Source of the DNA: Eutreptiella sp. 'Long Island Sound 2002' | Lineage: Eukaryota; Protista; Euglenida | Direction: 5' to 3' | Length of the DNA stretch: 64,000 nucleotides | NCBI GenBank assembly: GCA_964036045.1 | Contig: OZ038378.1 | Span: forward strand, 189,844,001 to 189,908,000 | Part shown: one piece after another, positions 1-12,475 of the stretch | Numbering within the stretch: position 1 is the stretch's first letter | How the letters are laid out: the number at the start of each line of letters is the position of its first letter | The notes under the pieces: generated by a model | The model's input: only the letters and a program-made list of their open reading frames with translations | Told to the model about the DNA's origin: nothing | Databases searched by the model: none | Program-made: the position numbers and the translations under genes

Positions 1-170
1 TTCAAGATATTGTTGCTCATTTTTTAGCTGCTTTTGCTCATTTTTTTAAGCTGTTTTGACTTAAATTTTAGCACTTTTCTTAAATTTTAGCACATCTAAA
101 AAAAAGATTTCGCATCTAAAAAAAAGATTACCCCCGCGGTTATAAAAAAAAACAAATACGCCGTGTATCG
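1..170. repeat. AT-rich low-complexity tract with short duplicated motifs
   Basis: TTGCTCATTTTT x2, CTTAAATTTTAGCAC x2 and CATCTAAAAAAAAGATT x2 within 130 bp. Confidence 0.55.
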
Positions 171-429
171 GTAAGTGATGTCCTCTCCTGTCTGCAAATA
201 TAATTCAGATCTTGGGTCTGGGGTACGGAGGCACGGAGATACACGGCCTCATGCACACACAACTGCCTCTTCCCCCGAAACTTACACTCACAAAACGATT
301 TATCCCCCACCTCCTAACCTAATGGATTTATTGCCTTGGCGTCTACGGCGTCGGGAAGGCACATTCAAGAAGGCTGGAACTCCCCTCCTGACCCCTGATT
401 GGGACGCTCCGAAGGAGCGCCAAATCAAG

Positions 430-1090
430 CGCTGATGAGGATTGGGAGGGGTGTGAGGAATATAACAAGAAGATTCAGGAGCGGTATCAAGATACCGTGT
501 TTGAACCACGCGATGTGGGAACTATCTCGCCGGAGGCTATGGCTAACGGAGGACCTCATAATAAGGTGCAGTTGCAGTTAAAAAAAGAGCACGCAGGTGC
601 TAAGGCCGAAAAACCTATTCGCATGGTGGGAGTCAAGGAGGAAGCCTTGTTTGAGGAAATCAATACTTTCATGAAGCGTGGTATGTTGTGGAAATGCGAG
701 GGCAACCCGCAATGGGTGGCCCGGGCGTTTTTGGTTCCTAAGCCAGGAGGCAAGTGGCGGTTGGTCATTGACTACCGACACTTGGACTCCTGCCTTGAGG
801 ATAAAAACATTTTCCCTTACCCATCATTGAGGACCAATTGGCGGACCAGCAGGGAAATTTTTTATTCACCCTCATTGATTTGGAAGATGGCTTCCATCAG
901 ATGCATCTTGAGGAGGAGAGCAAGGATTTGACCGCTTTTTGCACCCCGTTTGGGGTCTTTGAGTGGAATGTGTTGCCAATGGGGGTGAAGGTAAGCACTG
1001 CTGCGTATCAAGAAATGGTCCAACATGTAATCCGCCACACCCCCTCCTGCCCCTACATCAACGACATCATGGCGTCGAGTGGAAGAAATT
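430..1090 (+). pseudogene. Decayed Ty3/Gypsy reverse transcriptase fragment
   Basis: Motifs AFLVPKPGGKWRLVIDYRHL, IDLEDGFHQM, TAFCTPFGVFEWNVLPMG and YIND (YIDD eroded) are split over two frames by a frameshift near 815-840. No RNase H follows. Confidence 0.88.
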
Positions 1091-1182
1091 TTAGACCCCC
1101 AAAGAGCTGTGGCAATCCTCTGCAGGGCAGTACAGAGGGCAAACATTTCTTGAGATTCAGTGGGATTTACGGGAAGTGCGTG

Positions 1183-1285
1183 TGAGATTCACTGGGATTC
1201 AGAGGGGGGGGGGGGGTCTCGGGATGCACAGGATGCAGAAGGGGGAAAATTGGGAGTCACACTGGTTGGAACTCTGTCCATCACA
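1183..1285 (+). repeat. Dispersed GGGATTCA-motif repeat, copy 1
   Basis: GAGATTCACTGGGATTCA...GGGATGCA...GGGAGTCACACTGG resembles 12150-12475. Confidence 0.45.
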
Positions 1286-2822
1286 TCATCCCCAACTGCA
1301 ATGTGGCCCCAGACTACAATGTGGTTCCAGTCCCCTGGGAAACGGCATTCCACGGCTGTGCAAACACAGTAGCTGTGCATAATGATGCATTTGAAGATGC
1401 AAATGCCAAGTAATACATCTCGGTCCCGATACATCTCCGAGTACTCCCATGTGGAATGCAACACGTGCTGAGAAGTGTCAATGCATCAATGGTGCATATG
1501 CATCCCTTGAGCTGACACCATATGACGTCATGAATGATCATATCATGTCTTTTGGGACAAAACACAGCACCATTGATATGCGTCTCATTGGGACTCATAA
1601 GCTTCAAAATGGTTGGTATTGGGCCAGGACTTCCACAAGCGCTCAAAATGGGAGGAAACACGTTTCGAGGCAGTAACAAGTGAAGAATGCTCAAGCAACG
1701 TACACAGGGGTTCAGATGTACGTCTGCATTGGTGCACTTTTACCAAGTCACATAGCAGACCATGTGCAACCAGTGGCGTAACTCAGCACATGCAATGCGC
1801 CTGACTTTTCCCCAGCAATGCACAAGCAACTACACCCAACACAGGGAAGCCCATTTTTCAAACCCTTTAAATCCTGCTTTTGATGCAAAATGTGCATATA
1901 TATTTGTAATATTAATGACTTTCAAGAAATGGACACAACAATATATAAGCCACCCTATTACCTTCCAGCAATGTAACCTTCATGATCAAAAGCGGGAACC
2001 ATATATCTTGTATTGTGCTGTCCAATCTAGCCTGAATCACACAGACAGCAGAATACTCTCGTGACATTCACATCCACAGCATACTCGGTCGTTGCGACAG
2101 ACGCACAGATGGACCAGCAAAAACACCCATCGAGCATTGTAAGACGTTGGGCACTTCATGATCAATTTGCATTGTTGGCAGACTGTTGTTCAGGGCGTAT
2201 CAGGGCCACGTCGAAAAGGAGTGTGAATTGTGGCTACATAACCTCCCTGCCATTTCGGGGCCACGGTGCCAGGGCGTGGATTGTGGTGACATATGCCCTG
2301 CTCGTCAAACTGCTCCTCCGATTGCCTTAGGTACGGGCGTCTCGAAAAGGGGGGGCTTGGGGGGCTGGGGGGGTTCGAGGTCCGGCCCTATACGTGAACG
2401 CCCCCGGCGCAACAACCCTTCAAAGCTCCAAGGAGTCGTGCTATGCGACGTTGATGGGTTCGGCACTTGTTGTGAGCCTGGTTGAAGGCAGGATAGCAGG
2501 TGATAGTGTCAAATTCTTGTCCAAATACCCCAACCAGGGGGAACAGGGGCGGCAGGGTAGCAGCCTGTGAGGAATGACCATGAAAACGTGAACACACAGC
2601 CTTCAATGACCACATGTCTCTACCCGCGTTCTGCAGTCCGAAGGAATGAGTGCAACCGAAAAAAAACATATTGTTGTGGACCTTAGCATCAGAGTCCAAG
2701 GGTGAAGAGAAATCTTCGTATTTACAGCACTCCACTTGACCAATACTTGGCCAACTTCAAAAGCATCAGTAATGCTGCATAATTCTCCATCATCCGATAC
2801 ACCCTTGCCCTTTTCCTACTCA

Positions 2823-4054
2823 TTAATTCATTGTCTTTATCAAATTGTTCAGGTCAATGATAGCCCCTTTACCTTTGTTGCAATCCCACTGTACCCTGTA
2901 TTGTTGCTGTTGAGCCATTGTGCCTTTCTTCCACAGGCGCTGAAAGATTCCTGTTCCAGGGCCTGTCTCACGACATGCTGCACCCCCAGCAGGCTCTCCA
3001 AAGTCCTCATCCCATTCTTTTGCGCGTGGACGGGCGTGCTGCCCATTCGTGCAGCCACACCATGAGTACCCCAAAAGGGCATAAGGGCCACGTGTGAGCA
3101 AGAACTCCGCCGTGTACTCCGTGAAGGCTGCAGGAGATACACCCTCTCCACCATTCGGAATGTTGTACAGCTGCATTTTGTTCCAAGTCGCGGGCTTGGG
3201 CACACAAAGGGCCCGCAACGTCTGTTGGCACTGTTCTTTGTTCATCTTGGACAAGGTCTTCATGCCACCCCCATCCATCAGCTGCCAATAGAATCCCCCC
3301 ATGGCAACCACCTTTTGCGTCAGCTCTCGCATGCTTTGACGGTACGCTGCCACTTGTGATTTCATGCTCTCAGAGCTTGCGCCGGTGTCTTCAATGTAGT
3401 GGCTGTCCTCCTCGCTTGGGCCTCTCATGTCCATTTCATCATCCAGCCAACCCAGGCCAATGGGCTGAGGGCGCCCAGTCCCGGGATTCCTGTGGAGCAG
3501 GGTCTCGTTCGTAATCATGTATTCGCTGATGAACCATTCTCTGAAAGTTCGGCCTTCCACTGCACCTCCACGATGGTCGAAAATGTACTCTCCACATGGA
3601 TTCACCTCTCCACAATCACACTGCTCCTTGCAAGCACCATCCACGGGGTAGGCTGGGCCCCCACCTGGATGCTCTGGTGTTTGCTCCTGATCGTGGTAGA
3701 AGCCGGAGCACTTCGGATTGGGTGGTGCCCAATCGCACGCAGGCACATGATATGAGTTGTTGGACTGCGGTCCTTTGTAGTCCTTAAACTTGATAAACCA
3801 GGATGCGTACTTGGGATCGTCGAGCTTCTTTCGGACGCTGGAGTACCAATTGAGCCCCTTGATTGTGTTACGGTAGACCCAGACACGCGGCGCCTCTCCG
3901 GGAACTCCCGGCTCCGCCGCCAACACTGCTTTGGCATTCTTGGTCAGCAACTCCTGGGAATTCATCGGATGCGCATTCGCCCAGAGGGCCTTTGCGTTGC
4001 TCCAATCGTAAACTACAATCCCAAACTTGATGGCATGGCTCACGTCATGCATAC
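2823..4054 (-). CDS. Exon 2 of a secreted hypothetical protein, possibly a glycoside-hydrolase-like TIM barrel
   Basis: Long uninterrupted protein-like ORF (GIVVYDWSNAK, RVWVYRNTIKGLNWY, LGWLDD, LLTRGPYALLGYSW, VQWDC) ending in a stop. It begins after TGTCAG preceded by a pyrimidine tract (complement of the GGAG-rich 4081-4150). The function is inference. Confidence 0.85.
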
Positions 4055-5693
4055 CTGACATACGTGGAGCAACACATGCCAAGGAGGGAGGGAGGGAGGG
4101 AGGGGACGGACGGAGGGAGGGAGGGATGGAGAGATTGGATGGAAGGGGGTGGTTTTGGCCGGTGTGACCAGTCCCCACACGAACAGCTTGCTCTGCTCTG
4201 GCTCGGTATGTGTGCACCCTACTGTGCTTACGCTGAAAAATTCAAACTGGATTCTGCAATAACTCTAATGTCTATAATTGTACAACATCGCCTTGATGTG
4301 GTGTCCTGGATAAAATACATTCATCTGTCATGGGGTGGGGTTCGCTACACCAAACTGTATACCTCAAAATAATCCTGACGACGCGCTAATCAATTTGAGT
4401 TACACCACAGGGCAGACAAACTTTGCAAAAATGCTTTACTTTGCTGTTCATTTTCAAAGGAGTACAAGCATTTGGCACCACCCTGTTGTAGAAAACCCCC
4501 CACACCTTTGTCTCAAGACAACTAGAACCCAACGATTGACGGAAACAATGCCCAGTGTTGATCGGACAAGGGTGTTGTGTGTGGGCTACAGTGTGTATGG
4601 TCTGCACACAGATGGGGTGCATTACTCTGAAACCAGGGGGCAAAATGTGTCACAAATGCCATCAACGCCCAAATGTCCTGGCAGTACACACATGATAGCC
4701 ATCTCGCAGTCCAGTACCAAGATACCACACAACACAGAACACGAAAATTTTCAATGTTCAACAACAAGAGATGGGAAAATCCATGGTGCAAAGCAGTTGA
4801 TGGAGACAGCGCCCACATGTTGTTTGGACATGGGGGGTGTTTGGCGTAATACGCTGATGGCGGTCACCCTGGGCATGACACTCAAAGCGGAGAGGAGTAG
4901 CATGGCTACATAACCCTTGCTGCACCATGGTACCCAAAATGACTTATCGATTTTAGGATTTGTTGCTATCTTGTTGCCATTGTTTGCCATTGTACGTGCA
5001 GACCGCATGCATCAGTGCTTTGCACTTTGCATGGCCTTGCAAGCGCATGCTAAAACAAGCCCCACAACAAGCCCCCCCAGGTTCGGCACAGTCAAAGCAG
5101 TGAGCAGGACTGATGCTCTGACCCTTGAAGCCACCACGCCCTGTGAATGTAAACAACCAGGTTGCCGATTTTCCTTAGCTGCAATGCACTGGGAGTGCTG
5201 TGGCTACATATCCTCTGCCATACCGGGTCTCAAGAGTGTGGATGTGGGACAATCTACAAAACCCGTATCAGGTCCCCAAAGCCGGAAGGAATGACGTGGC
5301 CACAAAACCCTTGCTGTATCAGGATTTGGAAAGAAGTGACGTGGCTACATGAACCCTTTGCACGGAAGCGTACACTGTGCCCCACATTCCCCTCATTCTT
5401 ATGGCATGGATGGCATCAGTAGAATTGACCTCACTTTCCACCCAAGAAGCTTTGCCACCTTGTGAAAAAACCCCCGAAAGTATGGTTCAAGCAGTTGCCG
5501 AGACTTTGCGCCACTTGCGCACTGCTTGCCCAACATGTTGGTTGGTGCTGTCCCGCCGCCCAGCCTCCGTCATTTCTGCCCCCACTGTCCCTTCATGCCT
5601 GCTGTCCGTTCCCCTCTCCCTCTCTGCCGCTCCCTCTGGCATTCCCTTTCACTCACACCCCTTCACCACGATCTGTGACCACATGAAGCATAC
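4055..5693 (-). other. GT-AG spliceosomal intron, 1639 bp
   Basis: Donor AACTCAG|GTATGC at 5694/5693 and acceptor TGTCAG|GT at 4055/4054. Splicing joins ...YTCNNS-G-MHDVSHAIKFG in frame (phase 1). Confidence 0.82.
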
Positions 5694-5835
5694 CTGAGTT
5701 GTTGCACGTGTACAAAACCGTTGAGCGATACATGTCCCACGTTGGCTTCCACGTTGGCAAGCATGTCGTGCTCCCTGGCAAACACTGCGCAGCAACTGCC
5801 GGCAGCAGACACGTCAGCAACAGCAAGAACAGCAT
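5694..5835 (-). CDS. Exon 1 of the same gene: signal peptide plus N-terminus
   Basis: ATG at 5835; hydrophobic MLFLLLLTCLLPAVAA-Q signal peptide, then CLPTWKPTWDMYRSTVLYTCNNS, ending at a canonical donor. Confidence 0.82.
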
Positions 5836-5839
5836 AGAC

Positions 5840-5856
5840 CTGGAGTAGAAATGAGC
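5840..5856 (-). promoter_or_regulatory. Splice acceptor 4 nt upstream of the ATG (candidate spliced-leader trans-splice site or 5'UTR intron end)
   Basis: The minus strand reads CTCATTTCTACTCCAG|GTCT ATG. Confidence 0.45.
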
Positions 5857-6104
5857 CCGGAATCGACGGATTTACTGTTTATTTGGGGCTCGTTTGCGCC
5901 AAACTATTCGAACCATGGAGATTGCGCGTCCTTGCTATCTCAACACACCTCGCACCCGGATACTACATCTTGACAGCCAGGATTCCATTCTGTGAGGAAA
6001 TTGAATCCCCTCTAGAAGATTCGAAGATCGGCAAAATTCGGGCCTCGAGCCATCCTCTACATTGCCTCCTACGGTAGTGCTAGACTTGAGTCCAGCGGTA
6101 CAAA

Positions 6105-6202
6105 GACTACAAGACTTGTAGTCTAGTAGCACAAAGTCTGCCAGACTTGTACGGTACAACTCTACCTTATACTGTACTGGTAGACTAACAATCTACCAGT
6201 AC
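6105..6202. repeat. Cluster of three perfect inverted repeats
   Basis: GACTACAAG-A-CTTGTAGTC (6105-6123), AAGTCTG-C-CAGACTT (6134-6148) and GTACTGGTAGA-7nt-TCTACCAGTAC (6174-6202). Confidence 0.8.
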
Positions 6203-7239
6203 GAGACCGTTACTTTCATCAGTGGCCATCCTTTTGGTGTGACCATCAAGTCCAAAAATTAATCCAAAAGACAAAAAAACTCTTGTTGATGTATGTTTCA
6301 CACAACAAACACGCACACCGTCTGCAGGAAACCAGGCACTACAAACAGCAGGTTTCAGATCATTCAGTAATACATCCGTCTGAAGTGTGTCAGTGGTAAA
6401 GAGAGAATATATGACCCCGAACCCGCAGTCGGCGCTAAATGAACAAAACTTTCTGCCTGGAACTGCCAGCGATTAGGTCAATTTGTGGTTGGTGGTCAAC
6501 CGATGGCCCAAAGGGCTGTCCTGAGAGGGGGGGGATCTCGTTGTTAAAGAACAGACCTGCACCTGCAATATTCGACATAGTGTGTTACCGAAAAAATTCG
6601 GCACACAGGGCCCCTCGGCGCCACACACCACACTGTGCCACATATTTTGTGTGTGCTTCGTCTAGTACTCTCGACTGCTTCCTGATGTACTGCTGGCCCG
6701 CCTCGACCATTGGGAGTGCAATTGCATGAACACCGAAAAAACCTGACACCTGAAGGCGAAACAACAGCTGCTTGACTTGTTGGGTGATTGCAGAGAGCAC
6801 ACGGTCGTGGTGTGTGGCTGGCCACCAGAAGCACTGGGCCAATGAGAATATCAATATCGAAAATATTAATATCAAAGCCCATCCCAAGCAGCTGAAGTAA
6901 AGCGTTGTTGTGAGGAGCCACTGTCTCTGCCGGGGCCTGCTCCTGTCATTGGCACACAGGACGGTGATGCTAAGGAAGCGAGTCTGCACAGCGTGTGCAC
7001 AGCACATGTACAACACGCACTTTCAGGGAGAAGGTAGGGAACACAAAAAATATCGGGGTCTTTGTAAGCATTCTTGTCTCTCTATGGAACAGTGCAGTCC
7101 AAAAAAGATAGAAAAACCCCACATTGGATCCATCACTCTTTGCCCTGAGGTGCACCTTCATTGAAGTAGTGGGGTTCAGGGGGGGGGGGGGGCGGAAAAA
7201 AAATTCCTTGTTATGGCATACAGCGTCATTTTTGCAGGC

Positions 7240-7282
7240 AACCCCCGGGAGGGAGGGGGGGGGTACGAAAATTTTTCCTTGC
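7240..7282 (+). repeat. Dispersed G-tract repeat motif, copy 1 of 4
   Basis: ACCCCYGGAGGGGGGAGGGGGTAYGAAAAATTTT-like motif also at about 8786-8822, 17600-17715 and 18820-18915, all in the same orientation. Confidence 0.7.
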
Positions 7283-7599
7283 ACATATATCCAAAATTTC
7301 CATGAAATGTGGATGTTTCTAGCCGAATGGTCGGTTTATTGCATAGAAAGCAAACATGATAAGTGACAAACGGTGCACATTGATCTTTTGACACCATTGC
7401 TCCATCAATGTGAAGACTACGGCCCCAGCTCAACGTGCAAAGTGTGGTAACGAAGTCTCACCCTTCAACTGTGGTTAAGGAGGAGGGGCGTTGCTCCCTC
7501 GGTCAGAAGCCAGAAGCCCCAATACTACTTCTTTCCCCGTACCCCGTGGATCAAGCAACAACATGTCACACAATGGCTAAGTACTTGGTTGTCCCATGG

Positions 7600-7662
7600 T
7601 TGTGTGTGTGTGTGTGTGTGTGTGGGTGTGTTTGTATGTGTATGTGTATGTGGATGTGTGTG
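7600..7662. repeat. (TG)n / (TATGTG)n microsatellite
   Basis: Directly visible. Confidence 0.9.
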
Positions 7663-7871
7663 CCGCGGCACTCCGTGATGTTTGCACGCACATCGCTACC
7701 AAAATATGTGCCCATAAACCAAACATGATGTTCGTTTTGGGTTGTGTTTGCCTTCTGAGGAACATGGTACAATTCATATGAGGAGAGAGAAAAAAGATAA
7801 TTTGCAAAATCAAAAAAAATGCACCTCTTGGTGCCCTTCTTTGCAGGTGCCTTCTTTTGGTGGCTGGGTTT

Positions 7872-7958
7872 CTGCTGCTACCGCTGCTACTGTTGCGGAT
7901 GCTGGTACTGCTACTTGTAGTGCTCACTGAACTGCTGCCGCTGCTACTGCTACTTGTG
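7872..7958. repeat. Imperfect CTG/CTA trinucleotide microsatellite
   Basis: CTGCTGCTACCGCTGCTACTG... is directly visible. Confidence 0.75.
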
Positions 7959-8785
7959 CTACCTCCGCACACGGCAATTTCTCCCTGGATTCACCAACCG
8001 GTGCCACCCCGGTGCAAGGGGGGTTCATGGAAACCGTCCCCATACCGTCAACGTATCTCCAATGAACCTTCTCGTGTGCATGCCGCATCATGGGGTATTG
8101 GCCACACAAGGCATTGGCATTTGGCACACCAAGTGGCAGTGCTCTTGTGCACTTCCAATCGGCACTTAGGGCAAGAGCAATGCCATCGGCCCCTGGGCTT
8201 GTTGCAACCTCATCCTCCCCTTCAACTCTCCAGGAGGGGGCACATCATTATCGGCAAGCGGTGCAGGTGCAACAGCAGCCGAGAAAAACTGCGTCATTGG
8301 CAATTGGCGCTTTGCCTTCAATGGCGGAGCTATACTAGCCTTGTGTTTCTTGCCCTGGCAATGGGTGACAAATTGTTGTGTGCCCGCTCCCCACAAATGC
8401 AATTCCAACCATTCGTAGTGCGCTTTGCCCATGCAGCATCCAGTGAAGAAGAAAGCAAGTGAGTTGACATTTGCTGAGATCTAAAGTGGAAAGGAAGACG
8501 GGAGTCTTGGGGGCTTGGGATGCTAACCTTGGGTCCATACACTTCATGACCTATGCGCAATGCATACATCCTGTGAGAGGAAAGCAAGGAGCAAAATGGG
8601 ACAAGGGGCACGAGCATTGGCAGATTTTTGGGGAAGAACAAATCATCACATGCAATGTGCACAGAGGTGATCCAAGTACATTAACTAATTTGGTGCAACC
8701 ACTACCAAAATTGTACAATTTGTTGTCCAAGAGAAAAAAATTTCCAAATGCTACAATTTTAGTGCGACAGTTTTTTTTCGCGACC

Positions 8786-8822
8786 AACCCCTGGAGGGGG
8801 GAGGGGGTATGAAAAATTTTTC
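8786..8822 (+). repeat. Dispersed G-tract repeat motif, copy 2 of 4
   Basis: ACCCCTGGAGGGGGGAGGGGGTATGAAAAATTTT. Confidence 0.7.
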
Positions 8823-10216
8823 AAGGCGCGAAGTTTTTTTCCACCCCCCCCCCCTCCTGGTGGGTTTGTAGGGACTAGGCATTCCGTTCTGCGCGGAAGG
8901 GACCCTGGACAATCCCCCAACCCACAGCCCTACTTGTGCCCAAGCATCACGGGCTAAAATTTTGAAACAGACCAAAGACACCAAAACACAGCCAAAAAAT
9001 GCAGTATAAACCACAAATATGGACAATTTTGATGGTTCTGTCCTGGCCAAACTGGAGCATTTTGAGCTGTGTCAACTTGGCAGTGAAATGCCCCAAACAC
9101 TCCATGGGAGTCTGCAAAAATTTCTATGCACTTTTGATCCCCCTCTTTGGGTAGGTACTATCGTGGTTTTGTTAGCAGCCAATGTGTTTGTAATGTTAGT
9201 TTTGCTTGTAACTGAGTAAACTAAGTTGTTGTTGTCGAGAGTGTTTGTGAGGTTCATTTAACGGATGATAAGCTGTTGATTTTGACAACGTGCTTCCTTG
9301 GCAACCCCCCCCCCCCATGCTTGTGCAACAGCCAGCACTGTTTGACCACTTGGCCAGCAGGTGCTTATTGAAGAGTGGTTTCAGGCAAAAAAACACCATT
9401 TAACCAGGGGTTGGCCAGTGGACATGAAGGTGAGCACTGACAGTGACCAATGTGTAGATATTGTGTGGGCAAAGGCAGCCAGAGGGGTGCGGGGCCTAGC
9501 ACATTATGCGGCAATCTGCAAGTCTTTCAAGGTACCAAAGCTGAAGCCTAAGCCCAAGCCGCAGCTGGTTTCCAAGACAAGGACAAAGAGCACCCAGCCT
9601 GGCCTCAAAGGGCCCTGGCCACACACTCCTGGTGCAATGCACCAACAAAATTTGGAGACTGCAGAAGCAGCAAGATTTACAGCAGACTCCTTAGAACCAG
9701 AATTGGCCCTAGAGTCAAACAAATCTTCTGTCTGCATCCACAGCCACTCTCAGAATCGGAATTGGAATCCAAATCCGAATCAGAATCAAATGGTAGACAA
9801 CTACGGCAGTCTTTGTACCTGAATCAAATTTCATCCTACTTGCCTCAATTTTCGTCTTACATACGTAAAAGTTCGTCGCAAATGCCTGAAGTTTTGTCCC
9901 ATGGCAACCATAACTCGTCCCCCAAACGGCAAAAGAAAGATGTCCCATTGATGGTTTCCTCAGCACCAATCAATGTGCCTGTGGGCTATAGCGACACAAT
10001 TTAATTTCTTTGATTCTAGTGATAAATTGGCCCTCCTGAAGCCCATGTTTGATGTGTGGCCCCCACATTGTACCAGGTTCTGCCCTCACGTTCCCTTTCG
10101 TTGCACCATGAAAGCACAAATCTGTGGAAAAAGCAGTCTCCAAAAAGCGCCGTTTCACGAGGGGGTGGGCGTTACACAATGCAGTCGACTCACAAGGGGA
10201 GGTGGGGTGAATAATA

Positions 10217-10286
10217 GGTGTACAATTTTGGCATGCACCCTTGTAGCGCAGGAGGCTGCTTGGGCACCAGGTTCAATCCCTACACC
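10217..10286 (+). pseudogene. Degenerate tRNA-like sequence (possible SINE head)
   Basis: 70 nt bounded by complementary GGTGTA...TACACC, with a B-box-like AGGTTCAATCC. The A-box and the T-stem pairing are poor. Confidence 0.3.
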
Positions 10287-12149
10287 CTCAGAGCACCTAC
10301 CAAACACTCCCCATGGAGTGCCTTGCTCCTGGGGCTGGCTAGCTAGCTAGTGCAACTGAAAAATGTCCAAAACAGCTTTCGGCTATGGACAGCGGTGTTG
10401 GCCCTTCCTTGTGTTGTTCAGAAGTGGGTATTGGAAGGGTTGGGGTTTCTCCTGGCTCATCGTACCAAGCCCTTTCTAAGCATTTTGGCGACACAGCCTT
10501 GCTACGAAACCTGGCTGCTCACTGCAGCTGGCTGCGGCTAGCCACTCGTAGCCTGCATCATTCCCCCCAACTCTTGGCGGACAGCTGGTGCAGCTCGCTC
10601 TACAATGAGGATCCCCTCTCTCCCAAAACCCTGGTGGCCTCGAGTGGAGGGTAGGTATGTGTACTTTGAATGGTTGATTTGCCTTTGATTTGCCGGGCAT
10701 TTGTGTTCAGTTGTGGTGCACTGTGTTGCTAGTGTCTAGGACTGCTGTTCCTTTTGTTGCCGTATGCTTTTGTTTAGCCCAGTCTTATGGAACGCTCTAC
10801 AAAATGAGGTGGAACACCTGGTCCAGCACTTGAAGAAAAACCCAACCTAGGGCCGGGTGGAAAACACCACTCCTGAAAGATCAAACCGTGGTTGTATTGG
10901 AATGACGAAAAATGTGGTGCAGCTATTTGGCTGTATCGTTTCTCGGGGCTCCAAAAATGAAACCTACACTCTGGGTCTTCATGTCCACCTGTCCTCTGAC
11001 ATGACTGAGGTTTGGTCTAGGGCATGGAATGGCCTAGGAAGGTAAGTGTCGTGTAGGATGGAGTGCCTCAACCTCAACCTCAACCTACCATCTCGGTACC
11101 CTATTTCGTACCCACCAGAACAGGGAGCGGGTTGAACCATGCAGATCAAGGAAATGACCCACTCAATAACACTCGGAAAACACTGTTGTTTGTGTTGTAT
11201 CGCATCAAGGTCCAGGGCAGGTTCAGGTTTGCAGCGTTTTGCAGGGTTCGTTGGAGGCTTCTGGCAAAATGTCCACCCAGAGACTCATCAGCAGATCAGT
11301 GTGCGCCATTTCTTCATCTTGGGTGAGGATACTGCCAAATGTGCTCAGTCATGACTGTTGTTGCCCCTGTGGCATGGCATTGTTCACAACTTCCACCTTG
11401 GTCCCCTGCAATCTCTTATGATTGCACCACTGTCAACTGATTCAGAGGGAGACCGTGGGGTGCTCCACTCGAGTCATCCAAGAGCAGCTCTGCCAGGGCC
11501 ATGGCACTGTTTCGTGATGGCTGGGCATAAATTCGCCACCCTGAGTATGCAAATATCGTTTTTCTGCAGACTCGGGCCCCACATATCGTCTCGTCAGGAC
11601 GACCAATCTGGCGAGCCCCACCGTTGCCTCCATCGCATGCCACACGGACAGGTCTTCGAGGGCGTGTCTCCTGGGGAATCCTGCCACTTTCGAAATACCA
11701 TGTGTGCATCAACAATCCTTGCCGCTCCCTGCAATCAGGGTGCGGCTGGATACCCTGACAGTGCCACCACAGTGCCCTGTGTGCACAGAATAACCCGTGC
11801 CCGCCTAGACGCTGCCCCAGTTTCGTCTTCGCACGCAACCGGCAGAAGAGAAGTCAGAGCGGTGTGCTTTTCGGATCCTGTCAAACCTAATCCTGGACTT
11901 GTGCAAGTCTGACAGGATCAGAGCAGCGTCCGCCTGTACGCGACACTGCAGTTGATTGCTTCAGTCGCATGGTATCGTTGACGTGAATTCCCCTTGCAGC
12001 CAAGAGCATCAGATCATAGGAATATGACTCGGGGGGCACATCACGTAAGCTTCTCCTGCTGCAGCCCTCCATAACAATATTCAAATACTGCAAGAGATCG
12101 CAACGCAGACTTCAGCTAGTGCGACTCCCGTTAGCACAGGAGGCAGAAA

Positions 12150-12475
12150 TTCATGTCATGTTTTGGGATTCAATGGAATTTACGGCTAAAATTTTGGGGA
12201 TTCATGGGGATTCACAGGGACACATTGTATGTGCAGACACAGATATTTGTTGGTTTGGTTGTGCTGTTGATATTTAGACACCACATCACTGTGTTCCTGG
12301 ACACAGACTACGCCCCCGGCTCAACACCAAAGTGTGGGATTCAGTTTTCTTGGGATTGAGTGAGATTCACGAGAATTGTGTGTGGGATTCACTGGGATTC
12401 ATGGGGGGAAATACTGGAATGCACGGGATGCGGATGAACACTTTTTCGGGACTCAAACTAGCTGAAAGTCTGCCA
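12150..12475 (+). repeat. Dispersed GGGATTCA-motif repeat, copy 2
   Basis: Many GGGATTCA/GAGATTCA motifs; related to 1183-1285. Confidence 0.5.

Noticed and set aside
175-435. Dam-like domain upstream of the first RT fragment
   Set aside because: The translated region reads as pre-RT linker, with no DxFA or NPP motif. The element appears truncated here.
9361-9822. Transposase C-terminus with an acidic SESE tail
   Set aside because: Only low-complexity resemblance; no catalytic motif.
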